Of a stretch of 64,000 nt of DNA, positions 45,301 through 55,974 are shown piece after piece. The notes under the pieces were generated by a model, which made no database searches, was not told where the DNA came from, and saw only the letters and a list, made by a program, of their open reading frames with translations. This stretch comes from a virus, in IMG/VR virus record IMGVR_UViG_3300025141_014429, positions 1-64,000 of that record. The stretch is one strand, 5' to 3'. The translations under genes were made by a program, and so were the position numbers. The first letter of the stretch is position 1; each line of letters starts with the position of its first letter.

Positions 45301-46953
45301 ATGCCATCAAAAGATTTTACATCAAATCAAATTAGAGTAACAAAATTAATAGCTTCAGGAGGCCTTTCAGGTGGAGGAGCTCAGGCAGGAAACAATATAG
45401 GCATAGCTATTTATTCTGCATCTGATGCATCAGATGTTGCTGGAGGAATAGCTGACTCATCTATGCTTGATAAAGTTGGAAAAGATGTTTTTATGTTTAT
45501 ATCGGGTAGCACCACACCAAAAGGTAAGGATCACATAGAAGGATCAATAACTTTAATAGGGGGTGACCTTCATGTCTCTGGTGCATTGACAACAACAGGA
45601 ATTCTGTCAGGTGCTATACCTCCAGCAAGTATACTCGGCAGTGCTAATAGAATTCCTTTTTACAATAATGCTGCACCCCATAGTTTGACTAGTGATTCAC
45701 AGTTTAAATATTTTCATACAACAACAAATAAAGGGTTTTTGATGGGAGGCCCATCAAGTATTGTAGCTTCAAATGCTGCTAAATTATCTGTTGCCGCAGA
45801 ACTTGGTGTCGATTGCCAAGGACAGAATGATCCATCAAAATACGCACTAATGGTAAACGGGTTTAAAGACGATGGTGGTGGTGGTGTGAGCCTTGTTGAT
45901 ACAGAAGGTGGTGTAGGACTTGGGTTCTCTAGAAACTATACAGATGTAGGTGCCAGTATTGTTCATGATTCTTATGCCTCCTCAACAGGTGATTACTCAA
46001 GAGGAAGTCTTAAGTTCTTCAACAAAAATAACAACACCGACGGAGGAGTTCAGGCACAATGTTTTGAAATCGTAGGATCACACAATGGTTTAGTTAGAGC
46101 TACAGCAGGTCTTTCCATTGATGGTGGACTTATGGGTGGAATGTTTAATGTTGGTGACCCTACTATGGCTTCTGTAGGCTCAGGCACACGTCATCTTGAA
46201 TTTGACAAAAGAACAATGCAAGCTAAGGGTGATGAATGGGTACCTATGGTAGAAACGCATACAGGGGTTAAAACACTAAATACACTTTATATACATCCTT
46301 ACGGTGGTCATGTTTCAATAGGATATGACGGGATTACTAGACGTCCTTTACCTAATAGCATGCTAAGAGTAGCATCAGCTTCAATTTATGAAACTTCAGT
46401 AAATACTAATAGATATGTAGCTGACTTTAGGCATACAACTTGGAATGGAGACTCATCAGGTTCACCTAATCCAGGTGATGCTCAACATGGTGGTATAAGA
46501 ATTCAATGTGGTCAATATGCTGCCAGCGCAGATGACTCTGCATTGTGGATTAATTTCTTTGATGGAGATGGAACAGGTGGTTCACTAGGTAGAATTGCTA
46601 TGAAGAATGGAGTTGGCGCATTCTTGTGGAATAGTTCAGATGAGAGGATTAAGGCAGATATAAAACCTACATCTGTTAATGCGCTCAGTTTATTAAATAA
46701 GATAAATCTAAAATCCTTTAAAAAAGTACATAAGTCAGGAATTACTGGTTCTGCAAACCCAATTGGATTCGTTGCGCAAGATGTTGAAAGTTCAATTCCA
46801 GAATTAGTATCTGATTATAATGACGAAGCTTATGATTTCAAAGTCAAAAGTCTTGGATATTCTGGATTTGTTCCATATCTTGTAAAGGCTGTTCAAGAAT
46901 TAAGTGCAGAAAACGATGCTTTAAAAGCTAGGATTGAAGCTTTAGAAAATTAA
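45301..46953 (+). CDS. tail fibre/spike protein with C-terminal peptidase S74 intramolecular chaperone
   Basis: Gly/Ser-rich beta body; SSDERIKADI...IGFVAQDVE..IPELV...LVKAVQELSAEN..LKARIEALE. Confidence 0.85.
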   Translation: MPSKDFTSNQIRVTKLIASGGLSGGGAQAGNNIGIAIYSASDASDVAGGIADSSMLDKVGKDVFMFISGSTTPKGKDHIEGSITLIGGDLHVSGALTTTGILSGAIPPASILGSANRIPFYNNAAPHSLTSDSQFKYFHTTTNKGFLMGGPSSIVASNAAKLSVAAELGVDCQGQNDPSKYALMVNGFKDDGGGGVSLVDTEGGVGLGFSRNYTDVGASIVHDSYASSTGDYSRGSLKFFNKNNNTDGGVQAQCFEIVGSHNGLVRATAGLSIDGGLMGGMFNVGDPTMASVGSGTRHLEFDKRTMQAKGDEWVPMVETHTGVKTLNTLYIHPYGGHVSIGYDGITRRPLPNSMLRVASASIYETSVNTNRYVADFRHTTWNGDSSGSPNPGDAQHGGIRIQCGQYAASADDSALWINFFDGDGTGGSLGRIAMKNGVGAFLWNSSDERIKADIKPTSVNALSLLNKINLKSFKKVHKSGITGSANPIGFVAQDVESSIPELVSDYNDEAYDFKVKSLGYSGFVPYLVKAVQELSAENDALKARIEALEN

Positions 46954-47030
46954 GAATCTATGTAATAATTAAAAAATAGTTTTATCTCTTGGTCAATAAG
47001 CTGTATTATTGGCACAAAAGGAGATAAAAT

Positions 47031-48965
47031 ATGTTAACTAGTCCATTTGACACAGGAAGTGTTAGTAGGTTTGATTCAAACAAATTTAATCAAGCACAAG
47101 TTATTTTTGTTGCAGATATGTTTGTCGATGAATATGTTGGAGGTGCTGAACTTACAACTCAAGCACTTATAGATTCTGCTACAACTCCAACTTACTGGGT
47201 AAAAGCTAATCAGATTACACCTGAATTAATCCAAGCAGGTGTAGGTAAACATTGGGTATTCTGCAATTACACATCAATGCAACAACAACTTATTCCTGTG
47301 GTTATTGCCAATCTAAGTTATTCAATCATAGAATACGATTATAAATTTTGCAAGTATCGATCAATTGAGAAGCATGAAGTTGCCGAAGGAAAACCTTGTG
47401 ACTGTCATGATGAAATGCAAGGAAAATTAACGTCAGCATTCTTTCACGGTGCTGACAATGTTTTCTGGATGTCACAGAAGCAGTCAGATTTGTACGTGGA
47501 ACGTTTTCCTTTTCTTTCCGGTGGTAATAATCATATTTTATCTTCTGTGTTCTCTATTAACACTCTAGATAAGCTAAAAGAACTAAGAAGTAAATATCGC
47601 GGCAAGAAAAACGACAAGTGGTTAATAATTGGCTCTACAAGCTGGATTAAGGGTGCAAGTGAGTCAGAAGAGACTTGCAAAATAAATAATTTAGAATACG
47701 AAACAGTCTGGGGTTTACCTTATGAGGAAATGCTAGAAAAATTGGCACAATCAAAAGGACATGTTTACTCTCCTCCTGGTGGAGATACATGCCCAAGAGT
47801 CGTTATAGAGGCTAAACTTTTAGGCTGTGATCTTTTAATTAACGATAATGTCCAGCACAAATATGAAGACTGGTTCAATAGCAGGGTTGAGGTAATTGAT
47901 GAGTATCTAAGAGAGTCACCAGATAGATTCTGGAAAGTTATTGAAAGTCAAATCAATCATGTACCTACTATTAGTGGCTATACAACAACACGTAATTGTA
48001 TTTCTCAAAAATATCCCTTTAAGCAATGTATTGAGTCACTTTTAGGATTTTGTGATCAGGTTGTTGTTGTAGATGGCGGTTCCACAGATGGGACGTGGGA
48101 GGCTCTGGAGGAACTTTCTGTCGCAAATGATAGAATTATCATTGCACAAAACAAAAGGGACTGGGACCACCCTCGCTTCGCTGTATTTGATGGTTTACAA
48201 AAGGCTTACGCTAGAAGTTTATGTACTGGAGAATGGTGTTGGCAAATGGACTCAGATGAGGTTGTTCATGAGAAAGATTATGGCAAAGTAAAGGAAGTTA
48301 TTAAAAGATTACCTAAAGCAACAGATCTCATTGCATTACCTGTTATTGAATACTGGGGAGGCCCAGAGAAAGTTCGCATAGATGTTAATCCTTGGAAATG
48401 GAGGCTGAGTAGAAATAGAAAATATATTACACATGGAATACCTAAACAACTTAGAGTCATTGATGAAGAAGATCAATTATATGCTAGGCCAGGAACTGAC
48501 GGATGTGATTATATTGATACAGAGACACATGAAATAATACCTTGCACAACATTTTACACAAAAGAAGTGCACCAGCTTAGAGAAAATGCATTTAAAAATG
48601 GTAATCAAGGTGTAAATGGTTACGAAAATTGGTATAATCAAATAGTAAACGTTCTGCCTAGTGTTTATCATTATTCTTGGTTTGACATAGAGAGGAAAAT
48701 CAAGACTTATCGTGGATACTGGACAAAGCATTGGCAAAGTCTATATAATATTAAACAAGAAGATACTCCTGAAAACAACATGTTTTTTAAAAAGAAATGG
48801 TCTGATGTAGCAGATGAAGAAATAGAACAGTTATCAAAAGAGCTAGGAGAGAAAATGGGTGGTTGGATATTTCATGAGCCCATTAACTTTAATAAACCTA
48901 CACCTTGGGTAAAAATAAATAGAGGTCAACCTGAGTTGATGAAAAGTTGGAATGATAAGAAATAA
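47031..48965 (+). CDS. two-domain glycosyltransferase (GT4-like plus GT2)
   Basis: DTCPRVVIEAKLLGC (GT-B Ex7E-like); VVVVDGGSTDGT and WQMDSDEV (GT2). Confidence 0.8.
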   Translation: MLTSPFDTGSVSRFDSNKFNQAQVIFVADMFVDEYVGGAELTTQALIDSATTPTYWVKANQITPELIQAGVGKHWVFCNYTSMQQQLIPVVIANLSYSIIEYDYKFCKYRSIEKHEVAEGKPCDCHDEMQGKLTSAFFHGADNVFWMSQKQSDLYVERFPFLSGGNNHILSSVFSINTLDKLKELRSKYRGKKNDKWLIIGSTSWIKGASESEETCKINNLEYETVWGLPYEEMLEKLAQSKGHVYSPPGGDTCPRVVIEAKLLGCDLLINDNVQHKYEDWFNSRVEVIDEYLRESPDRFWKVIESQINHVPTISGYTTTRNCISQKYPFKQCIESLLGFCDQVVVVDGGSTDGTWEALEELSVANDRIIIAQNKRDWDHPRFAVFDGLQKAYARSLCTGEWCWQMDSDEVVHEKDYGKVKEVIKRLPKATDLIALPVIEYWGGPEKVRIDVNPWKWRLSRNRKYITHGIPKQLRVIDEEDQLYARPGTDGCDYIDTETHEIIPCTTFYTKEVHQLRENAFKNGNQGVNGYENWYNQIVNVLPSVYHYSWFDIERKIKTYRGYWTKHWQSLYNIKQEDTPENNMFFKKKWSDVADEEIEQLSKELGEKMGGWIFHEPINFNKPTPWVKINRGQPELMKSWNDKK

Positions 48966-49672
48966 TGACACCTAATAAAGTAATTTTCATAACGCCAATG
49001 TACAACTCAGAAGAGTACTTACCAGAATTAGTGTCGTCAATTATATCTCAAAAAAATCAAAATTGGGAACATATAATAGTTGATGACATGTCATCTGATG
49101 AGAGTTATGAAAAAGCTTTAGAATTAACCAAAGAATATTCTAGATTTAAAGTAATAAAAAGTAATGAAAAGAAATATCCGATTAGAATTACTATTGAAGA
49201 AAGTAAAAAATATCAAGATGAAAATGTAATAATAGCGATGATTGATTCTGACGACGCACTAATGAATAATAATACAGTAGATATTATATTAAATCATTAT
49301 AGTGATGAAGAATTAGATACAGCTTGGACTGCACATTACTGGGATGTTCACGGCATGAATATATCAGGAGATTTATATCCTGATGAAGATCCTTACGAAG
49401 TAGATTGGACAACATCACACCTTAAAACTTTTAGATCATCCATTGTCAAAAATTTAAGTAATAAAAACTTTAAAGATGATCAAGGTAAATGGTTTAAATC
49501 TGCTTCTGACCAGGTAGTGTACTTACCGCTTTTGTACATTAGTAGGAAGCGAAAATTCATAAGCGATATCTGTTACCTGTATAGGGTTAATTTAAAAGGT
49601 GAGACTAATACAAATACGCATAATCAACAATCTACTGTTGATTTTATTAGAAAGCGAGGTTTTATAAAATGA
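48965..49672 (+). CDS. glycosyltransferase family 2
   Basis: ITPMYN, IIVDDMSSD, IDSDD. Confidence 0.85.
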   Translation: MTPNKVIFITPMYNSEEYLPELVSSIISQKNQNWEHIIVDDMSSDESYEKALELTKEYSRFKVIKSNEKKYPIRITIEESKKYQDENVIIAMIDSDDALMNNNTVDIILNHYSDEELDTAWTAHYWDVHGMNISGDLYPDEDPYEVDWTTSHLKTFRSSIVKNLSNKNFKDDQGKWFKSASDQVVYLPLLYISRKRKFISDICYLYRVNLKGETNTNTHNQQSTVDFIRKRGFIK

Positions 49673-50037
49673 AAGATAATGTAAAGCATATAAGTGAGTG
49701 TAAAAAAACTGACAAACCTTGGGGTTATGAAGTACTATGGGCTCAGACAGATGAATATGTTGCAAAATTAATGCAAATTAGAGCCGGTCATAGAATGAGT
49801 CTACAATATCACGAAAAGAAAGAAGAGACTTTATACGTAATGTCTGGATTGTTAATTGTTTGGCAAAGTGAAGATGATGAAAAATGGATTGCACTCCGCC
49901 CCGGTGACATATATCACGTCAAACCCGGTCAAATTCATAGGTTTGGTGCAGACGCTACTGGTGATACAATGCTAATGGAAGTCAGTACAAATTTTTTAGA
50001 TGATGTTTTTAGAATAAAGGATGATTATGAAAGATAA
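49669..50037 (+). CDS. cupin, mannose-6-phosphate isomerase type II C-terminal-like
   Basis: KPWGYE, MSLQYHEKKEET, HRF. Confidence 0.85.
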   Translation: MKDNVKHISECKKTDKPWGYEVLWAQTDEYVAKLMQIRAGHRMSLQYHEKKEETLYVMSGLLIVWQSEDDEKWIALRPGDIYHVKPGQIHRFGADATGDTMLMEVSTNFLDDVFRIKDDYER

Positions 50038-50854
50038 AAATGAAAGATATTTTAAGGTAGGCAAGGTAAATATTGATTTAGATAATTTCTTTAAGACTGA
50101 CTGGGATCAGGTTAAAGTTAATGCATTGATTGACTTATTATACTTTCCTTTAAGAATATTAAATTCTTTGGAAGGAGTTGAGATAGACAAAGAGTCTAAT
50201 CAAAAAATATATCAAATATTTGAAAGAGAGATTAATCATAAATCATATTATGAACTTTCACAAAGCTGGAAAGCTTTGTTTGGAGAGGGTTCTTTTTTAC
50301 CTTATCATTTAGACGGCTGTATTTTAGATGGTGATGAAGAATCTTTTGACATTCCTGTTTTTGAGCATATTTTAAAAAATAACGATATCAAATCTATTAT
50401 TGATGTAGGCTGTGGCTCCGGACATGTAACAAATTATTTCAAAGAAAAAGGTAAAATATGCACTGGCGTTGATGGCTCACCAAGAGCAATAAAATATGCC
50501 AGGAATAAATTTAAAAACATAGAATTTATAGAACATGACTTTGCAAAAGGTAAAAACAATATTGTAATTAGTCATGATATAGCAATATCAATAGAATTTT
50601 TAGAGCATGTCGAAGAAAAGTACCAAGAAAATTATATGAATATATTCGAAAAATCAAAAAAGTGTTATGTTACTTTTGCTCCGGAAGGACAACCCGGTTA
50701 TCATCATGTCAATTGCAGAAATCAAGAATACTGGATTAATGTATTTGACAAATATAATTTTGATTTTTGCGAAGAAGAAACTGACTTAGTTAGATCTATT
50801 GCTAGCGGCTACTATTTTAAGAATAATGGTTTAGTTTTTAAAAAAAGAGAATAA
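50027..50854 (+). CDS. class I SAM-dependent methyltransferase
   Basis: IIDVGCGSG, GVDGS, EFLEHV, GYHHVN. Confidence 0.85.
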   Translation: MKDKNERYFKVGKVNIDLDNFFKTDWDQVKVNALIDLLYFPLRILNSLEGVEIDKESNQKIYQIFEREINHKSYYELSQSWKALFGEGSFLPYHLDGCILDGDEESFDIPVFEHILKNNDIKSIIDVGCGSGHVTNYFKEKGKICTGVDGSPRAIKYARNKFKNIEFIEHDFAKGKNNIVISHDIAISIEFLEHVEEKYQENYMNIFEKSKKCYVTFAPEGQPGYHHVNCRNQEYWINVFDKYNFDFCEEETDLVRSIASGYYFKNNGLVFKKRE

Positions 50855-50857
50855 CAA

Positions 50858-51703
50858 ATGAAAATTGTTACTAATGATTATCGCTGCGGAACTAGTTCTT
50901 CTATACTGGACTATAATATAGTAGATGTAGTAATTGTTTCTGAAGAAAATTACGATCATGTATATGATATAGAAGATGATCTTTTTTTTGTAGGGCATGA
51001 TTTTTTATTCTACTTGTGGGACACAGAAGAAAAGGTGCAAAAATGGATATCACACAAGCACAGAAAAGCAGTTTGGTGCTTTGAAAGAATTGATGCAATA
51101 GTACCACAGTGGAAAGCAAAATCTGAATACAGTATATCCCTTCTTAAGCGGTTTGTAGACCAAATATACGTTTGTGACGAAGATGATGCAAATACTTATG
51201 GAGACTGGTTTCCACAGTGGGCCAGTAGAAAGTTTTTTGATAACAGAGATAAAAAGATAAACAATGATAAAATACTATTTTCCGGACAAGCAGGTAAACC
51301 TGAGTATGCATCAAGGAATAAACTTTTAAACGATATCATTGCAGACCGAGATCTCAAAAACAAAATTAATATTACTAATTTTTCTAGAGACTATTCTTGG
51401 GATGATTATTGCAATAATTTACTTTCTTATGAAAAAATATTAAATCCCGTAGGGATTCTAAGAGGTTTTAATACTAGAACTTACGAAGTATTATATTCAG
51501 GAAGACTTTTACTACAACAAACCTATGGTAATTACGCTAAGCATTCTAGCATAGTTGAATCATGTCCAAATGTTGTTTTGTTCCAAACTTTACCTGAATT
51601 AAAATCAAAAATTAAATTATTAAAAACTGAAGATAGTACAAAATTTTTTGAAAATAACAACATATATGCACGCTTCAAGTCTATAGGGTGTGAAATAAAA
51701 TAA
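50858..51703 (+). CDS. glycosyltransferase (CgeB/GT-B-like)
   Basis: ILFSGQ, ILNP, FNTRTYEVLYSG.LLL. Confidence 0.7.
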   Translation: MKIVTNDYRCGTSSSILDYNIVDVVIVSEENYDHVYDIEDDLFFVGHDFLFYLWDTEEKVQKWISHKHRKAVWCFERIDAIVPQWKAKSEYSISLLKRFVDQIYVCDEDDANTYGDWFPQWASRKFFDNRDKKINNDKILFSGQAGKPEYASRNKLLNDIIADRDLKNKINITNFSRDYSWDDYCNNLLSYEKILNPVGILRGFNTRTYEVLYSGRLLLQQTYGNYAKHSSIVESCPNVVLFQTLPELKSKIKLLKTEDSTKFFENNNIYARFKSIGCEIK

Positions 51704-51712
51704 GAGAAAATA

Positions 51713-52630
51713 ATGCAAATTACAGAGCAACAACTCAAAGATCAGTGGAAAAATTTATGTACAAACTTTCCACTAGTTTGTGGAATAAACACATACAATA
51801 ATGAGCTAACTATATATGCTTGTTTACAGCAAGCAGTTAAAAACTTTCACAAAGTAATAGTATTTGATGACGGTAGTACAGATAGAACTTTTACGTTTAT
51901 AAATAAATTTATTGAAGATTTTGAGCCTAAAAATTTAATAGTAATGTCTGTTGATCATATAGATCCCTGGCCTGATCAAAAAATTGAAAAAGATCATGGT
52001 CCTGATGAGGGTGTTCTTATGAAGAAGACTCATGCAAAATCAAAGGCAAAAGCTCATAGCATAATAAAACAAAATTTTCCTAATGCTTTGTATATTTCTT
52101 TAGAGTCAGATGTTATTTGTAATGACAACATAACAAGTAGAATCTATGATAGAATATCTAAGTGGGACGATCCCTTAAGGGATGTTGAATTTTTTAATGT
52201 TATGATGGCAATTGATAGAGAGTATTTTAGAGCAATATCATCATCAGAAGAAAAATGGATACCGTTAAAAGGTATAAAGCAAAGAGGCCCTTGTGACCAT
52301 CCAGGAGACTGGACACTCGCTTGTTTTTGGAATGGAGGTATAACTAGCATACAACCTGATCCAAGTTTTCCTTACGGTGCATGTACATTTCCGTGGTCAG
52401 CAAAAAATCAAACACAGAAAAAAGGACAGGACACAGATAATCCTTATGGTTTCCACATGTACAATTATAATAACAAATGTCTAGATGCAGATGTATCTAA
52501 GTCTTTAAAATTTACTTATAAAGAACTTAATGATCCTTTTATAGATATAAATACTTTAAAAAATGTTTGGTTTCCTAAAGAGTTGAAAATAAATAAAGAA
52601 GGAAAAAGATATGTGGAGGTTTTGCAATGA
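51713..52630 (+). CDS. GT2-like glycosyltransferase
   Basis: INTYNNE, VIVFDDGSTD, SLESDV. Confidence 0.7.
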   Translation: MQITEQQLKDQWKNLCTNFPLVCGINTYNNELTIYACLQQAVKNFHKVIVFDDGSTDRTFTFINKFIEDFEPKNLIVMSVDHIDPWPDQKIEKDHGPDEGVLMKKTHAKSKAKAHSIIKQNFPNALYISLESDVICNDNITSRIYDRISKWDDPLRDVEFFNVMMAIDREYFRAISSSEEKWIPLKGIKQRGPCDHPGDWTLACFWNGGITSIQPDPSFPYGACTFPWSAKNQTQKKGQDTDNPYGFHMYNYNNKCLDADVSKSLKFTYKELNDPFIDINTLKNVWFPKELKINKEGKRYVEVLQ

Positions 52631-53523
52631 GGTATGTTGTAACAGGAGGAAGGGGTTTTATAGGATCACATTTTGTTGAAAAATTGCTCAAATTAGGACA
52701 CAGTGTAGTTGATATAGATAAAATGACTTATGCTGCTTCTAAAGAATTACCTTGGGACGATCATTCAAATTATACACATCTTAAAGAAGATATATGTAGT
52801 ATTAATCACATACCTCCATGTGATTATTTAGTTAATTTTGCTGCAGAGTCTCACGTTGATAATTCAATACATGAATCAAAAACATTTTTAAAAAGTAATA
52901 CAGAAGGTGTACACAATATACTGGAGTTACTAAGAGGAAAAGTATATGAAAGACCTCTTTTCATTCATATAAGCACAGACGAAGTCTATGGTGATACAAT
53001 CAGTGGAACTTTTAAAGAAAGTGATGTTTTAAACCCGAGCAATCCTTACGCTGCCTCAAAGGCAGCTGCAGAAATGTTTGTTCTTTCTCATGGTAGAACT
53101 TATGGAATAGATTATATTATCACTAGATCTGGCAACAATTATGGTGAGAGGCAATATATTGAAAAATTAATAGCAAATACAATCGACTGTATGAAACTAG
53201 GCAGAAAAATACCTATTCATGGTGATGGTATGTATATTAGAGATTGGATATACGTCAAGGATAATGTAGATGCTATACTAAAAATAATAGAGTCTGGCCA
53301 AAAAAATCAAACATTTAATATTGCTTCTCACAATGAAATGACCAATTTAGAAGTTGTAAGAACAGTTGTTTCTTGGTTTACTGATAAAGACTACAAAGAG
53401 TTTATCAACTTTGTCCCAAATAGATTAGGTCAAGATGTTAGATATTCAATATGCAATAAAAAAGTTAAAAAATTAGGTTGGATACCGAAGCACACAAAAG
53501 GAATAAAGAGGTTTATAAAATGA
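52627..53523 (+). CDS. rfbB: dTDP-glucose 4,6-dehydratase
   Basis: VTGGRGFIGS, NFAAESHVDNSI, HISTDEVYG, PYAASKA, NNYG. Confidence 0.92.
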   Translation: MRYVVTGGRGFIGSHFVEKLLKLGHSVVDIDKMTYAASKELPWDDHSNYTHLKEDICSINHIPPCDYLVNFAAESHVDNSIHESKTFLKSNTEGVHNILELLRGKVYERPLFIHISTDEVYGDTISGTFKESDVLNPSNPYAASKAAAEMFVLSHGRTYGIDYIITRSGNNYGERQYIEKLIANTIDCMKLGRKIPIHGDGMYIRDWIYVKDNVDAILKIIESGQKNQTFNIASHNEMTNLEVVRTVVSWFTDKDYKEFINFVPNRLGQDVRYSICNKKVKKLGWIPKHTKGIKRFIK

Positions 53524-54470
53524 GAAATTTAGTAACAATATCAGATAAAAAGTATCTAGAAAAAGGAATAACATTATTTGAGTCGTTAATGAATACACAG
53601 TCAGAAAAAAGTTTTACTTTATTTTATATTTGCTTAGATGATCAAACATTTAAAAAGATTGAAGAAATTTCTAAAAATAATAGTCATGTCAAACCAATTC
53701 ACATTAATAGTGTAGAAAATGATAATTTTGAATTGAAAGCACATAGAAAGTGTACTCCTTCTAATGAGGCAATTTCTAATGGAAACGCACAGGGAAGAGA
53801 CCCAAGTTATATACAGTTTTGCTGGTCCCTATCTGCATATATGTGTCATTATTTTTTAAATAGAGTAGGATTGGATAACATTTACTACCTAGATGCTGAT
53901 TTGTTTTTCTATGAAGACTTGAAAATTTTTGATGATGAGTTAGATAATAGAAGCATCGGTATTGTACGACACAGAATAGATTATCTACCGGGAAGTGGCG
54001 AATATAATGTCGGCATAGTATATTTTAAAAATGATTATCAAGGTAAGCAATGTTCGCTATGGTGGAAAAAACAACTTTTCAAAGATCCTAATAGCAATCC
54101 ATATTATGCTTGGTATGGGCAATGTGGCGATCAAAAATACTTAGAACTTTTTCCAAAGATCTTTGGAGATTCTGTTGCAATTATTGACAAAGATATTGGG
54201 CATTTAGCGCCTTGGAATGCTACTTTTCATGAATACAAAGATGGTAAAGTGATTTGGGAAGGCAGAAAACAGACTTTACTATACTTTCATTTTGCACATT
54301 TTAAAAGAGATCAAAAGACAAATAATTACAAAACCTCTTATAATAATGAGTGGATATGGGGTGCACCAGAACTTTATCATAGTTTTGTAAAAGACAAATA
54401 TGATGATTATTATTTAAAGACAAAAGATGCAATCGAAAAATACAAAATAACGGAAATAGATAATGAGTAA
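53520..54470 (+). CDS. GT-A fold glycosyltransferase (start revised)
   Basis: YYLDADL (DxD), YNVG, GDQKYL, LAPWN. Confidence 0.75.
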   Translation: MRNLVTISDKKYLEKGITLFESLMNTQSEKSFTLFYICLDDQTFKKIEEISKNNSHVKPIHINSVENDNFELKAHRKCTPSNEAISNGNAQGRDPSYIQFCWSLSAYMCHYFLNRVGLDNIYYLDADLFFYEDLKIFDDELDNRSIGIVRHRIDYLPGSGEYNVGIVYFKNDYQGKQCSLWWKKQLFKDPNSNPYYAWYGQCGDQKYLELFPKIFGDSVAIIDKDIGHLAPWNATFHEYKDGKVIWEGRKQTLLYFHFAHFKRDQKTNNYKTSYNNEWIWGAPELYHSFVKDKYDDYYLKTKDAIEKYKITEIDNE

Positions 54471-55974
54471 TTTAAAGAGTAAAATAGCATTTGGAATGAT
54501 AGTTTTTGAAGGCGATTATGTTTTAGAGGCAAGTTTAGAATCAGTTTACCCTTATGCTTCACAAATTTTAATTGCTGAAGGACCGGTCAAATTTTGGCAA
54601 GACAAAGGAAGAGTCACATCAAAAGACAACACTAATAGTATTATTGATAACTTCCCGGATCCTGAGAATAAAATAACAATAGTTCATGGTCAATTTTCTG
54701 AAAAAGACGAACAGTGTTCTGCTTATATGAAATATCTCAAAGACGATATTGACTTTGTTTGGAATCTAGATTCTGATGAAGTATTTAAAGGTGAAGATAT
54801 TGAAAATTTAATAAAAATAATGGAAGACAACAACTATACTAGCGCTGATTTAAAAAGCTGCAGTTTTTTTGGAGGATTCGACAGGTACATCGGAGGCTTT
54901 GAAGAAAAGAAAGGAAACTTTCATAGAGTGTTTAAAGTTTATCCAGGATCTACTTGGCTGACTCATAGACCTCCAACAATAATTCATAAAAAAGAATATG
55001 ATCATATACCTAAAAAGCACATTGATGGCGATACACTATGGTTTAAACATAACATTCGAATGTATCACTATTCCTATGTTTTTCCAAATCAAGTAAAAAA
55101 TAAAATTGAGTACTATGAAGCAAAAGTTAGTAAAGAAAACTGTTTTAAAAATTATTATGAAACAATCTATAAACCATGGGTGACTTCAAGCAGTGAAGAT
55201 GAAAAATTTAAAATAGAATCAATTAACAGTGGCGTTCATGAATTTATTAAAAGTGTAAGAACACACGCTTATACAAAGAAATTTTTAGGTTCTCACCCAG
55301 ACGTAATAAACAAAAGAATTAAAAACTACAAGGAAAGAATCATGAGAGAAATTAAAAAAGATAATGAAAATCAATGCTGGGACAATCCAAACATATACAA
55401 ACATATGCTAGATGGAGCTAAAGGTAAGATTTTTGCCAAACTAGAGCATTCAGATCACTGGCCTCATCTTAAGAGTCTACTAGACATAAGCAGTAAATCA
55501 GGTTCTAAAAAATTATGTGATTTAGGTTGTGGGGCAGCTGCACTAGGTGAAATTTATAAAGATATGGAGTATACGGGCAGTGATTTAGATAATGTCATAG
55601 AAAATGTTGCTCAAAAATTTTATCCAGAAGGTAATTTTATAAAGTCAGATATTAAAAGATCAAATTTGCAATTTTTAAATAATTTTGACTGTATTTTGCT
55701 TAATGGGCTTATAGAAGTTGTTGAAAATCCTATTGAGTGTTTGGATAAAATATTAAAAAATGCAAAACATCAAGTAATTATTCATCGTCAATGCATTGGT
55801 AACGAAACTAAATCTTGGCTCATCCCTTCTTACGGAGGAATGGACTCTTATAGAAGTCAATTCTCTGAAAATGACATTAACAATCTATTGTCTAAGCATA
55901 ACTTTAAACTAATTAAACTAATTCATATACAGCAACTTGATCAGTATAGTTTTTTAATTGAGAAAAATAAATGA
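54463..55974 (+). CDS. GT2-like glycosyltransferase fused to a SAM methyltransferase
   Basis: WNLDSDEV in the N-terminal half; CDLGCGAA in the C-terminal half. Confidence 0.75.
   Translation: MSNLKSKIAFGMIVFEGDYVLEASLESVYPYASQILIAEGPVKFWQDKGRVTSKDNTNSIIDNFPDPENKITIVHGQFSEKDEQCSAYMKYLKDDIDFVWNLDSDEVFKGEDIENLIKIMEDNNYTSADLKSCSFFGGFDRYIGGFEEKKGNFHRVFKVYPGSTWLTHRPPTIIHKKEYDHIPKKHIDGDTLWFKHNIRMYHYSYVFPNQVKNKIEYYEAKVSKENCFKNYYETIYKPWVTSSSEDEKFKIESINSGVHEFIKSVRTHAYTKKFLGSHPDVINKRIKNYKERIMREIKKDNENQCWDNPNIYKHMLDGAKGKIFAKLEHSDHWPHLKSLLDISSKSGSKKLCDLGCGAAALGEIYKDMEYTGSDLDNVIENVAQKFYPEGNFIKSDIKRSNLQFLNNFDCILLNGLIEVVENPIECLDKILKNAKHQVIIHRQCIGNETKSWLIPSYGGMDSYRSQFSENDINNLLSKHNFKLIKLIHIQQLDQYSFLIEKNK

Noticed and set aside
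45301-46953. Diversity-generating retroelement targeting the tail fibre
   Set aside because: No reverse transcriptase or template/variable repeat pair is visible in the window.
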